Assembly: GCF_018350175.1 (NCBI RefSeq) | Contig: NC_058383.1 | Location: 4,588,001-4,650,000 of the forward strand | Length of the DNA: 62,000 nt | Reading direction: 5' to 3' | From: Felis catus | Taxonomy: Eukaryota | Shown here: piece after piece, positions 38,030-48,980 of the stretch | Layout of the letters: each line of letters begins with the position of its first letter | Numbering within the stretch: the first letter of the stretch is position 1 | The notes under the pieces: model-generated | What the model saw: only the letters and a program-made list of their open reading frames with translations | Told to the model about the DNA's origin: nothing | Databases searched by the model: none | Position numbers and translations under genes: made by a program

Positions 38030-38805
38030 GTCTGATCTGTAATTTAAAAAAACCAACAACCTGGAATACACAGAAGCAGGAAAATATGACCTGTAATGAC
38101 TGATACAGATGACAGATTTAGCAGACAAGGACACTGGGAGGGTTATTACAACTGTATTCCGTATATTCCAGAAGCTAGAAGAAAGATCAGTCATGCCATG
38201 GAGACACACAGAGTATATAAAAAAGGGCAACAGCCAAACTTCTGAAGGAGAAAACAGACATGTCCAAATGAAAACTGCACTGGGTGGGGTTAACAGTGTG
38301 AGACAATGCAGGAGAGATCAGTGAACTTGAAGACATTGCAGTGGGAACTGTCCAAAGTTAAATACAGAGAGGAGGTGGGGGGAAACGACTAAATAAAAAT
38401 GAATCAGCAAGATGTGGGACAGAGTGAAGCCACGTAACAAGCGTGTACTTGGAATCTGAAGGAGAGGAGAGGGAAGAAAAATATTTAGGGAAACTCCCAA
38501 ATTTAATGAAAACCAAATCCACACATCCAAGAATCTCCACATATTCTGAGCCCGAGGAACATGAAGCAAACAATGAGAGAGCTTAAAATCGGTGACAGAA
38601 AATATAGAAAAATATAAATTAAGGAAAAACATTCTGTACAGAAGAATAAATGTAGGAGTGATCACTGACTTATCAGTAAGCCTGAAGTCCCCATCTTTAA
38701 AGGACTAAAAGGAAAAAAAGAAAAAAGTCTGTACCCAGTGAAAATATCTTTCAATAAAGTAGGCTCTTAAAAATTTCTGGCTGTACAAAAGCTGAGAGAA
38801 TTCAT
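38030..38805 (+). mobile_element. old L1 ORF1-region remnant
   Basis: A-rich; gatcagtgaacttgaagaca and tacccagtgaaaatatctttcaa are L1M ORF1 text. Confidence 0.65.
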
Positions 38806-38809
38806 CAAG

Positions 38810-39937
38810 AAGTGAATCTTCTACAATGCATGGCTATCGACATTGGCAAAAATATCTGTAGAGCAGAAACAGACTTCGTTTGACAAGTGTACAAAGCTTT
38901 TGAAAATCTACGGTAGAGTCTATGGTTATTAACTGCCTTATTTACCAGCAGGTGCTTTTTGAAAGCCATTTCAACCTATCATGTGTTATGAATCAGGAGC
39001 ATCAACTGTGAGCTTCATTTGCTCTCCTGAACTTGGTCTTTGAAAATATTCTCACCCCTAGTTGTTCCTTCATATCTGTGGGGGCTAATTCTTCAATCGC
39101 TTCAAACTCGGCATTGGCTTTTCAAATGAATGCACAACCTGAATGGTACTCGTAAGAGCTGTCAACTCTCTGAGAGGTGAGGAAAACCACTCAAAGTCAC
39201 TTGCCTTGTTTTGAAATTGACTGTTGATGTTGCTCTCCATGTCCTTGACCCTTCTCACCAAAAGGCTAAACGTCTCAGACTATGTTTGTCTTCTCTGTAC
39301 ACGTTTCTTTTTTTCCAGCTGTCTCCGTCATGATTTAATCAACCTGCCATTAGGTGGGTGGCTCTCCTTGCTTGACTAGAAACTTAGTTTAGTTGCAGCC
39401 TCAGTTTTATTTTTATTTTTGTGAAGACATTCTGATGCGATGAGATCATCCCTTTTAAGCTTTCTCATGTTTCTGGCTGTTGCCCTTCTATGAACTGTGT
39501 CTAGCCTGGTGAAGTCAATGTTTATTGTACTCTCTAGCAGAGCTATGGTTTGCTATGGCAAACACAATGCTTGGCCACCTAAATCAGTAGCAAAACAATC
39601 TCTACTCCACTGGATCTTAAAAGTACAGTGTTTGAAGTTCACTTTTCTTCTTTTATATATGTGTGGATGTACATGGTTTCTGTTGCAGCTGATTTTCGTT
39701 GAACCTGCCTGACTCTGCCAATGCAGTCACATGGGGGTGAGTGGTCGTGGTCACGTTCCAGTAACGATTTATGGACGCTGAAATTTGAACTTGGCATAAT
39801 TTTCACGCGCCACAAAATATTTTTCTTTTGGTTTTTTTCAACCATTTAAAAACGTAAAGCCATTCTTATGTCGGGGCGGTACAAAACCATGTGGTGGGCT
39901 GGATTTGTCAAATGGGCCGAAGTTTGCCAACTGTTGG
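38810..39937 (-). mobile_element. Cheshire/MER58-type hAT-Charlie DNA transposon with transposase remnant
   Basis: MER58-like terminus at 39720-39937. Minus-strand translation KRRKVNFKHCTFKIQWSRDCFATDLGGQALCLP*QTIALL resembles the Charlie transposase N-terminus. Confidence 0.75.
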
Positions 39938-40176
39938 TTTAAACAGAACATTAGAGTGCTAAGTTCTTCATTAGAAAAAGACCCCCAATCACACTCAGTT
40001 TCCACCTTAAGAAATTAGAAAAGGAATGATAGATTAAAAACAAAGTAAGCACAAGAAAGGAAAAAATAAAGATCAGAGCAGAAATCACCAAAATGGGAAA
40101 ACTAAAACAATAGAGAAAATGAATAAAACCAAGATTGTATTTTTTTGCTAAGAGCAGTTAAGATTGATAAACCTCA

Positions 40177-41367
40177 GGGAAACTGGGTGGCTGAGTCAGT
40201 TAAGTGTCCAACTCTTGATTTCAACTCAGATCATGATCTCATGGCTTGTGGGGACTGAGCCCCACGTCAGGCTCTGCGGTGTCAGTGTGGGATGGATAGG
40301 CCACACTTTTCTGTTTCTTTGCATCTCTCTCTCTTTTTATGTAAAACTGGAAATATTTTTTAATTTTGTAAATGTTTATTTATTTTTGAGATGGTGGTGC
40401 AGAGAGAGAGAGAGAAAGACACAGAATCCAAAACAGGCTTCAGGCTCTGAGCTGTCAGCACAGAGCCCAACACAGGGCTCAAACCCACAAACTGTGAGAT
40501 CATGATGGGAGCCGAAGACAGACACTTAACTGCCTGAGCCACACAGGCGCTCCTAAAACTGGAAATTTTATTTTATTTATTTATTTTTTTTTTTTAAATT
40601 TTTTTTTCAACGTTTTTTATTTATTTTTGGGACAGAGAGAGACAGAGCATGAATGGGGGAGGGGCAGAGAGAGAGGGAGACACAGAATCGGAAGCAGGCT
40701 CCAGGCTCCGAGCCATCAGCCCAGAGCCTGATGCGGGGCTTGAACTCACAGACCGTGAGATCGTGACCTGGCTGAAGTCGGACGCTTAACCGACTGCGCC
40801 ACCCAGGCGCCCCAAAACTGGAAATTTTAAATAACATAATGTGGCAATAATATCCCCTTCCCCCTCCTCAGAGGTTTAGCTCAGTTGTTCTGTTTATTTG
40901 GTGATTTTCTTTTCCTAATTCTGTTAAGTCTGTATTCTTTGTTGTGAGAAGCCTCTGCTCAGTTATCCCAGTTTTCTGCTAATGGCTGGGCAGTCCCTTA
41001 AAACAGTAAGTCTTTGCCAAGTGGCCCCTCATGTGTTGGGGCCCCCTCACTGCCCTGGCAATCAAGAACTCTGCCCTAGCCCTTACTTCCTGTTTGCTCA
41101 GTCTCCAGACCAAGCACATGGGAGAGAGAAACGCTGTCCATGGTATTTCCTGGGCGTGTGCACAGCCTCCTCTTTTTTTTTTTTTTGGGACACAGACAGA
41201 GCATGAATGGGGGAGGGGCAGAGAGAGAGGGAGACACAGAATCGGAAACAGGCTCCAGGCTCCGAGCCATCAGCCCAGAGCCTGACGCGGGGCTCAAACT
41301 CACGGACCGCGAGATCGTGACCTGGCTGAAGTCGGACGCTTAACCGACTGCGCCACCCAGGCGCCCC
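40177..41367. mobile_element. CanSINE cluster (40177-40330 +, 40355-40553 -, 40566-40813 -, 41173-41367 -)
   Basis: SINE heads and tails; TSDs AAAACTGGAAAT and CACAGCCTCCTCTTT. Confidence 0.9.
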
Positions 41368-43450
41368 AACACAGCCTCCTCTTTAAGGGGCAGTGAGTCA
41401 CAGCTTCTCATTCTCAAAATGTTCCTTTTAAGTTCTCGACCAGCCTCTTGTTTGCCTCAGCTGATATCATCTCCCCAGACAGCTATGATGTGACTGAAAT
41501 GCCACTAACTGGTTTTGACAAATGTCCTGGGGATTGGGCTTTACTCCCACAGTGAGCTCTTAATCAGCAAAAATAAAGACCATTCCTGTAGATGGGGCTT
41601 CTGGGGAGCTTCAAGCCCACTCGGTCCCTCCAATGGCTGATAGCTAGGCTGCTGCTGTTTCTCACTGCTGTGTTTCTGAGGCTGTTGGTTTTCGAGGATT
41701 CAGCCATTTTTCTGGAATGAACTCTCCCCAAATTGCTGCAAGCCTTTGGTCACTTTCCAAAGTTCTGGGAAAGTTTCTTGTGACAATTTTTTTTTTTTTT
41801 GTAAATGCTTTGATGGAACAGAAGATGTTCAGATGTCCTTATTCTTCCATAATGGAAGTGCTCGTCTCCTCAGATTTACTCCTGATTCAGTAATAAGGGG
41901 GGGGGGGGGGAGATGCACATGCGGAATTTTGCTTTTGCAAAAATACTGGCCAAAAAGTTTCTGAATCCAGGGCTGACAAAGCTGAGAGGAAATAGGCTTT
42001 TTCTCACACACAGTTGGTGGGAGTGTAGCTTTTCTGGAAGGGAGAAGTGGTACTTGTCCTTATAAATTGGAATTTCAGAAAAACCTGTTTTTCTGCTGGA
42101 ACTTCTTGGGCCAGAGACCCCAGCAGGTTGGAGAGGGGCCACCAGCCTCCACCGCCTGAGGGCAGAAGGCCATTTGCTGAGAGGAAGAGGGTGAACAGAG
42201 GCAGAACAGAGGCACGTTGCGCCATGCAGGGCTGGCCATACAAAGCCTCAACATGCGCAGGAACAGGCAGAGAGGGAGCGAGAACGGGGGCCAAGCCTTC
42301 CTTCCCAGCGTGGTGGGGAGATGGCAGGAGAGCTTTCTGACTGCAAGAAGGGAAATGCAGGTGTCGGGGCATGTGGATAGAGAGTTGGCAGCATGATTCT
42401 TGTGCACCTTCGAGAGCCAGACCATAGGCGAGATGTAAACACCTTAAGCCAGTTGATCATGTTGGTCCTGTGATCAACAGAGGCCAAACTATCGATGACA
42501 AAAGTTGGTTAGACCATGCCTCCTTTTTCACAGGCCCGAACTCCACACCCCAGAAGAAAAGGGGCAGCCTAAGAGGATGGGAACGCCCCCTCTCGTGGGA
42601 GGTGCCCCTTCTGTTTTCATTTACAGCTGGGGAAATGGGGCTCCAGATTTTGAGGGGGCACAGTCACATCTCAGCAGACTCTCCTGGGTGAGGACAGAAG
42701 CTGGGTATCTGTGCCTGTCGGGTATCTCTGGTTCTGGGATTTCACACACCGCCCCCACGCTGGACCTTACCCTGATTCTCTAGAGTAGCTCCATGCTCTG
42801 GCGGGGAGGGGGAACAAGGTCAGTCTGCTTTACTCCTGAGCTGTGAATATTCTCCAGCTGGAGGGGCCTCCTTGGGCTCCCAATTCCTCCCCATGCTTCC
42901 CAGAGCCCTATTTGGGTACAGTGGGAGGCACCAGCCACTCCCCCTCAGTCCCTAGCTCAGTCTATATTCCCCCTAGAGGCTCTGAAATTCTCTACAGGGC
43001 AGACTGATCTGGGGGTATCACAGGGGTCTCCCTGACATAGTCCTGTGTCTGAAACTCTGTCTCCATCTCTGTCTTGGGGCTGGCCCATGGTGTCAATGAG
43101 AAGGGGGTCCCCTCCTTTCCCCAAGACTCCCATCTCAGCTCCTGCTTTTCCCAGACCCAAGGATCCTGGGGGCAGATCCTGAAGAGGAAGAGCCCTTTGA
43201 GAGCTCTCCCCGTGTGGCTTCAGGGACCCCTCACCCTTCACTACCCGTCGAATTTGCAGACATGGGTCTGGATGTGAATGGGAGTTGCCAACAGAAGAAC
43301 TGGTTGTTGCAGCAGGTAGCCTGCTGCCGCACAGAATGTGCTAGCTGTTCCCAGAACCCCTGCATTCTGGCCCCCAAGCTTCCATTTTTGGGTCACAGGG
43401 AACCTGAGCCTGGAGCCCACTCCTATCCCAGGTCAGAATGGAAGCATTCA

Positions 43451-44781
43451 AAACTGAAAACTATAGAGAGCTAATGAAAGAAATTGAAGAAGACACACAA
43501 AAAAGGAAAAATATTCCATGCTCCTGGATATGAAGAAGAAATATTGTTAAAATGTCAATACTACCCAAAGCAATCTAAATATTCAATACAATCCTTATCA
43601 AAATAACACCAGCATTCTTCACAGAGCTAGAACAAACAATCCTGAAATTTGTATGGAACCAGAAAGACCCTGAATAGCCAAAGCAATCTTGAAAAAGAAA
43701 ACCAAAACAGGAGGCATCACAATCCCAGACTTCAAGCTGTATTACAAAGCTGTAACCATTAAGACAGTATGGTACTGGCACACACACAAAAAGACACTCA
43801 GATCAATGGAACAGAATAGAGAACCCAGAAATGGACCCACAAATGTATGGCTAACTAATCTTTGACAAAGCAGGAAAGAATATCCAATGGAAGAAAGTCT
43901 CTTCAGCAAGTGGTCCTGGGAAAACCGGACAGCGACATGCAGAAGAATGAGCCTGGAACACTTTCTTACAGCAGACACAAAAATAAACTCAAAATGGATA
44001 AAAGACCTCAATGTAAGACAGGAAGCCATCAGAATCCTCGAGGAGAAAGCAGGCAAAAACCTCTTTGACCTTGGCTGCAGCAACTTCTTACTCAACACGT
44101 CTCCGGAGGCAAGGGAAACAAAAGCAAAAATAAACTATTAGGACCTCATCAAAATAAAAAGCTTCTGCACAGCAAAGGAAACAATCAGCAAAACTAAAAG
44201 GCAACCGACGGAATGGGAGAAGATATTTGCAAGCAACACATCCGATGAAGGGTTAGTATCCAAAATCTATAAAGAACTTATCAAACTCAACACCCAAAAA
44301 ACAATCCAGTGAAGAAATGGGCAAAAGACAAGAATAGACACTTCTCCAAAGAAGACATCCAGATGGCCAACCGACACATGAAAAAATGCTCAACATCATT
44401 CATCATCAGGGAAATACAAGTCAAAACCACAATGAGATACCATCTTACACCTGTCAGAATGGCTCACATTAACAACTCAGGCAACAACAGATGTTAATGA
44501 GGATGCAGAGAAAGAGGATCTCTTTTGCACTGTTGGTGGGAATGCAAACTGGTACAGCCACTCTGGAAAACAGTATGGAGGTTCCTCAAAAAATTAAAAA
44601 TAGAACTACCCTACAACCCAGCAATTACACTACCAGGTATTTATCCAAGGGATTACAGGTATGCTGTTTTGAAGGGGCACATGCACCCCAATGTTTACAG
44701 AAGCACTATGGACAATAGCCAAAGCATGGAAAGAGCCTAAATGTCCACCGATGGATGAATGGATAAAGAAGATGTGGTATA

Positions 44782-44833
<52 letters not shown>

Positions 44834-45210
44834 GAGTATTACTCCATTAGTACTACTCCAAAAAGAATGAAATTTTGCCATCTGCAACTACGTGGATGGA
44901 ACTAGAGGGTATTATTTTAAGTGAAATTAGAGAAAGACATCATATGACTTCACTCATAGGAGGACTTTAACATACCAACAGATGAACATAGGGAAGGGAG
45001 GCAAAAATAACATGAAAACAGGGAGGGAGACAAAACGTAATGGACTCTTGAATAGGAGAACAAACAGAGGGTTGCTGGAGAGGTGGGAGGGGGGATGGGC
45101 TAAATGGGTAAGGGGCATTAAGGAATCTACTCCTGAAATAATTGTTGCATTATATGCTAACGTGGATGTAAATTAAACAAACAAACAAACAAACAAACAA
45201 ACAAACAAAA
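43451..45210 (+). mobile_element. 5'-truncated carnivore L1 (ORF2 C-terminus, 3'UTR, (AAAC)n tail)
   Basis: [64 protein letters not shown] motifs; degenerate TSD AGAATGGAAG-nnn-TCA at 43435-43450 and 45211-45226. Confidence 0.95.
44783..44831. repeat. (CA)n microsatellite inside L1
   Basis: Uninterrupted CA run of about 24 units. Confidence 0.95.
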
Positions 45211-46224
45211 AGAATGGAAGTGCTCAGAGCCCAGGACTCTAAGGAGTGATGAACCCAGGCCATGGGCAACAGCCAGCCCAGAGACCCTGATACCACGGGA
45301 GGGCCTGGGTACCTCCTCCCCTCACAGAAAGCCATTTCTCCACTTCTGACCAAACCCCAAACCTGCTTCTCCTCTCTCTTGAGAGCACGTGTGTGCACAC
45401 ACAGGCACAGACACAGACACAGACACGGACAACTCTTGGCCAGCAACTTATGGCAGAGCTTTTCTACCTAATTAAGTCACCATTCCCACACTTCTGTCTT
45501 AGGAGGGTGATTCATTCTGCTAATACCTTAGGATCTTTTTACCTGTGTTTTTGAGAGATATTGAACTGAAATTGTTCCTTTCTCAAAATTTACTTTTCAG
45601 GAGCACCTGGGTGGCTCAGTTGGTTAAGCATCTGACTTTGGCTCAAGTCATGATCTCCCGGTTGGTGACTTAGAGCCCTGCATCAGGCTTGCTGCTGTCT
45701 GCACAGAGCCTGTTTCGGATCCTCTGTGCCCTTCTCTCTCTGCCCCTCCCCTGCTCATGCTCTCTCTCTCACAAATAAATAAACAAACATTAATTTTTTT
45801 TTTTACTTTTCAGGTTTTGCAACCAGGCTATTCTGGTTTCCTAACACATTTTCTATTCTCTGGAGGAGTTTATGTAAGATTGTCATTAATATTTTTCTAA
45901 AGTGTTTAGAAGGATTTGCTAATGAGGTGAGCTGAGCCTATAGATTTTTTGATGGGAAGATTTTAAACCATAGATTCTATTTCTTGTGTCAGTTTCAGTA
46001 AGTTGTGTTTTCTAAAAAGTTGTCCATTTTATCCAGATTTTCAAACTCACTGGCGCAGAGTGTTCATATCTATGGGCTCTGTAATGATGTCTCACTCTTT
46101 TCCATCCTAATGGCTGAGGTGGGGAGAACAAAGATGGACTTCCAGGCAATGGAACAGCATGAGCAAAACCCTAGCACAGCGATTCAATCAGCAGCTGGAC
46201 CCCCACCCCCGTCTGTTTGGAGAT

Positions 46225-46816
46225 ATGAGGCATATGCCCCAAGGATATAGGGGGACCCAGTACCAGGTCCTGCTGATACTGGATAGGCATTTGTGGGCAG
46301 AAGCGGCTGCCATTTGATTGGATGGTTCCATCTGGGGTCCCAGAGACAGCCTGAAGAGCAACCTGAGTTATGCTGTGGCCTGAAAACAAGGCCATGCCAA
46401 CCATCCTGCAGGCTCCCTCTGCACCATTAGGGTGCCATCTCTTGCTGGCTGGTATCTCCATCAGGTATGCTCACTTGGATGCTCACTTGCTCCTCTACCA
46501 GCAGGACCCAGCACTGCTTGAGAGCCCAGTTTATAATTACCACCTGGCCCACCATCCAACCTTATGCCAAGCTTGCTCTGTCAGTACAGTCCTGACCGCT
46601 CTGGCCTCCAGCTCAGACCCCTGCCCCTTTTCTCGATGCCCCCACATCCACCTGGCTCTGCAGTATGCTAAAAACAGATGTCATTGTGGGCCAGCTCCTC
46701 TGGCTTGGATCAAGCAAGGACCTATCCAGACAATGGCTGGGACTCTCCATAGGCTGAAGCATAGCTGGCCATGCTCATGCTGCCATAGGACCCAGACACA
46801 CCCACGGGCACCATAA
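46225..46816 (+). pseudogene. decayed profilin-like coding remnant (tentative)
   Basis: Frame from 46225 reads QYQVLLILDRHLWAEAAAI*LDGSIWG; after a +1 shift near 46369 it reads LWPENKAMPTILQAPSAPLGCHLLLAGISIRYAHLD. Motif order and spacing resemble the profilin pattern AAI.G.DGS.WA...PEE...P.......L.LGG.KY. Judged by eye only. Confidence 0.4.
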
Positions 46817-46862
46817 CACAGAACCAAAGAGGAATGTGTCATCACTTTAAACTCAAAACTTA

Positions 46863-46993
46863 GGGGCACCTGGGTGGCCCACTCAGTTATCATCTGACTT
46901 CAGCTCATGTCATGATCTCATGGTTCGTGGGTTCAAGCCCCACATCGGGCTCTGTGCTGACCGCTCAGAGCCTGGAGCCTGCTTCAGATTCTG

Positions 46994-47042
<49 letters not shown>

Positions 47043-47105
47043 GCCCCTCCCCTGCTTGCACTTCATCTCTGCCTCTCAAAAATGAATAGACATTATAAAA
47101 AAATT
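46863..47105 (+). mobile_element. CanSINE with long (CT)n and TSD
   Basis: TSD TTTAAACTCAAAACTTA on both sides. Confidence 0.9.
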
Positions 47106-47551
47106 TAAACTCAAAACTTAAATCAACAAATAGTGCTTCTTCACCTCTGAACAGAAGTAGGAGTTCCCCACTAGGAATGACTCATTTCTTTTCACTGACC
47201 CTTCTCTGTGTGTGTTATCTTCAATTTCAACTTTATGAAATAGGACTCTGGTGTTTTTTAAACTGTCCAATGTGACTGCCACTTTGGGCAATATTGAAAT
47301 GGGAGCTTGGGGCTGGAGCCTCAGGGAGGGGGTCCCTCCGGACAGCACCCAGTGGACTCAATCATGTACGTCTATTCTTGACAACAAAATGTTTTTGAGA
47401 ACTAAATGCGAGCACGCTCTGTGGTACTCATCATGCAACACGTTGCTGCTGCAGGAGCTCATAAATTAGGTACAAGAAATAATTTTTATCTGGCCAGGCA
47501 TTGGGGACCAGCCCTGAACGGAAAACAGCACAGCTGGCTGTAAGACAGAAC

Positions 47552-48760
47552 TTTATTTCTAAATGGAGCTGGGAATGGGTCTGGTAAGGGTACGTCTGTC
47601 CCCTGAAGTGCTCTGGTGCCCACCCCCGGCCCGAACAGCTGCTGATGAGCCTGGGAAAGGACAAAAAGTGGGTCTTGGGGGTGGGCTGTTTGAAGTGAGG
47701 GAGGCCCCAGGTCTCCTTTCCAGGCAGGCCTCCTTTAAGAAGCTGGCTGCGGATGGCCCGGAGCCGTGGAGGCTTCTCACAGAGCCGCAGGCCAGCCGCC
47801 TGGGTTTTGGGGCTGCAGCACCACGGTGGCCACCTCATAACCCAGGAGGACAGTCAGAGTGAGGAACTCGATTTGGGAACACCCTCGGCCCTCTGTCTCC
47901 TCCAGCTTGAGCACCTGGTGAAGGAGAACAGGTTGGGCTCCAGGAAGGGGCTTTCTGGTGCTGGCTGGAAAGGGTGTTGCTCCCCGGCCAGGGACCCTGC
48001 TCCTCTGTGCGGTGGCAGTTCCTGGGGAGGCACTTAGAACATGGGGTAGAAGGGCAGCTGTCCCTGTCCCACAGCAAGGGCCCTCCAGGCTGGGTCCCTT
48101 GTTCCTCCCTCCCTTCCCTGTCCACCCTTGGACCCTGAGGGCAGAACAGCCCAAGCCCACCCCCTTTTTGTCCCCCGTTTTTATCTCGGCCCCTGTCTCT
48201 ATGCTGTCCCACTTCCTCCCTATTCCTGCCCATCATCTGTCGTTTAACTCCCTGTCTGTCCTTCAGGCACCCACATTTTATCTGTCTTTCCCTTTCTCTG
48301 TGTCCCTCCGACTTCTCTTGATGTCTGCCCCCACCCTCTTCCCTTTCCTCCTCCACTCTCCCCACAAACTCCAACAAGAGGCGGTTGCAACCTTGGAGCA
48401 TGCTCTCCAGGCTGTCCTGGCTTTTGGCATTGGCATCCGGGATGGGAGCGGCAGTGGCACTGGGGACGGGGACGACAGGGAGCAGCAGCAGCAGCAACCA
48501 GCGAGAGCCACATGGCTTGGCAGGTAGGACTGGCGAGGCAGTGAGGGCTGGGTGGTCCGAGCCCCTGCCCTTTGTCCAGGCACCGCCTCCCACCCCGCCC
48601 ACCTCCCTCTCCCCGACCCCCCCCAACCCCGAGTCCTGGCCCTCAAGCCTAAGCCTCAATCACGCCTGACCTGCCCGCGGACCTGCCGGACTTCCCACCA
48701 CCCTCGTGTCCGCCCGCAGCCCGGTCAGTGACCTCTGGGAGCTGCCCTTGGAACTACCTA
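47552..48760 (-). pseudogene. RBAKDN: RBAK downstream neighbour: small spliced gene with a frameshift-disrupted signal-peptide ORF
   Basis: Donor CAG|GTCAGG at 48671/48670; acceptor ctcactgcctcgccag| at 48530/48529; Kozak GCCAAGCCATG (ATG 48513); donor CAAG|GTTGCA at 48392/48391; acceptor tctccttcaccag| at 47915/47914; AATAAA at 47557-47552. Lies directly downstream of RBAK on the same strand. Confidence 0.7.
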
Positions 48761-48769
48761 CCCCTTCTC

Positions 48770-48980
48770 CAGCCGGAGCCACGCCCCCTGCCGATCACGC
48801 CCAGAACCACTCCCCACTTTTGACCACGCCCCATTCATTGTTACACACACCCAACGATTCGCAGTGACCACGCCCCCAAGACAACCACGCCCACACCCCT
48901 GGAATCAAGGCAAACTTCCACCCGTTGGCCACCCCCTGATCACAGCAGGCCACGCCCCAGGCCAGAGCCACGCCTCTACT
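48770..48980 (-). promoter_or_regulatory. RBAKDN promoter: array of KLF/SP (CCACGCCC) boxes
   Basis: Perfect CCACGCCC at 48779, 48824, 48868, 48885, 48950 plus variants at 48795, 48807, 48891, 48968, all in one orientation, immediately upstream of the inferred first exon. Confidence 0.6.

Noticed and set aside
42000..43430. unique-looking sequence with several 80-120 aa ORFs
   Set aside because: No recognisable domain or consistent splice structure.
46171..46461. minus-strand peptide GTPDGTIQSNGSRF resembling a retroviral integrase core, and a weak OR TM6-like read (PFSRCPHIHLALQY) on +
   Set aside because: Short isolated matches, lacking the catalytic Asp and flanking motifs; the profilin-like reading has more ordered motifs. 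Not fully excluded.
47835..48659. 274-aa single ORF
   Set aside because: Has a non-ATG start and runs through two inferred introns; only its exon portions look coding (see RBAKDN finding).
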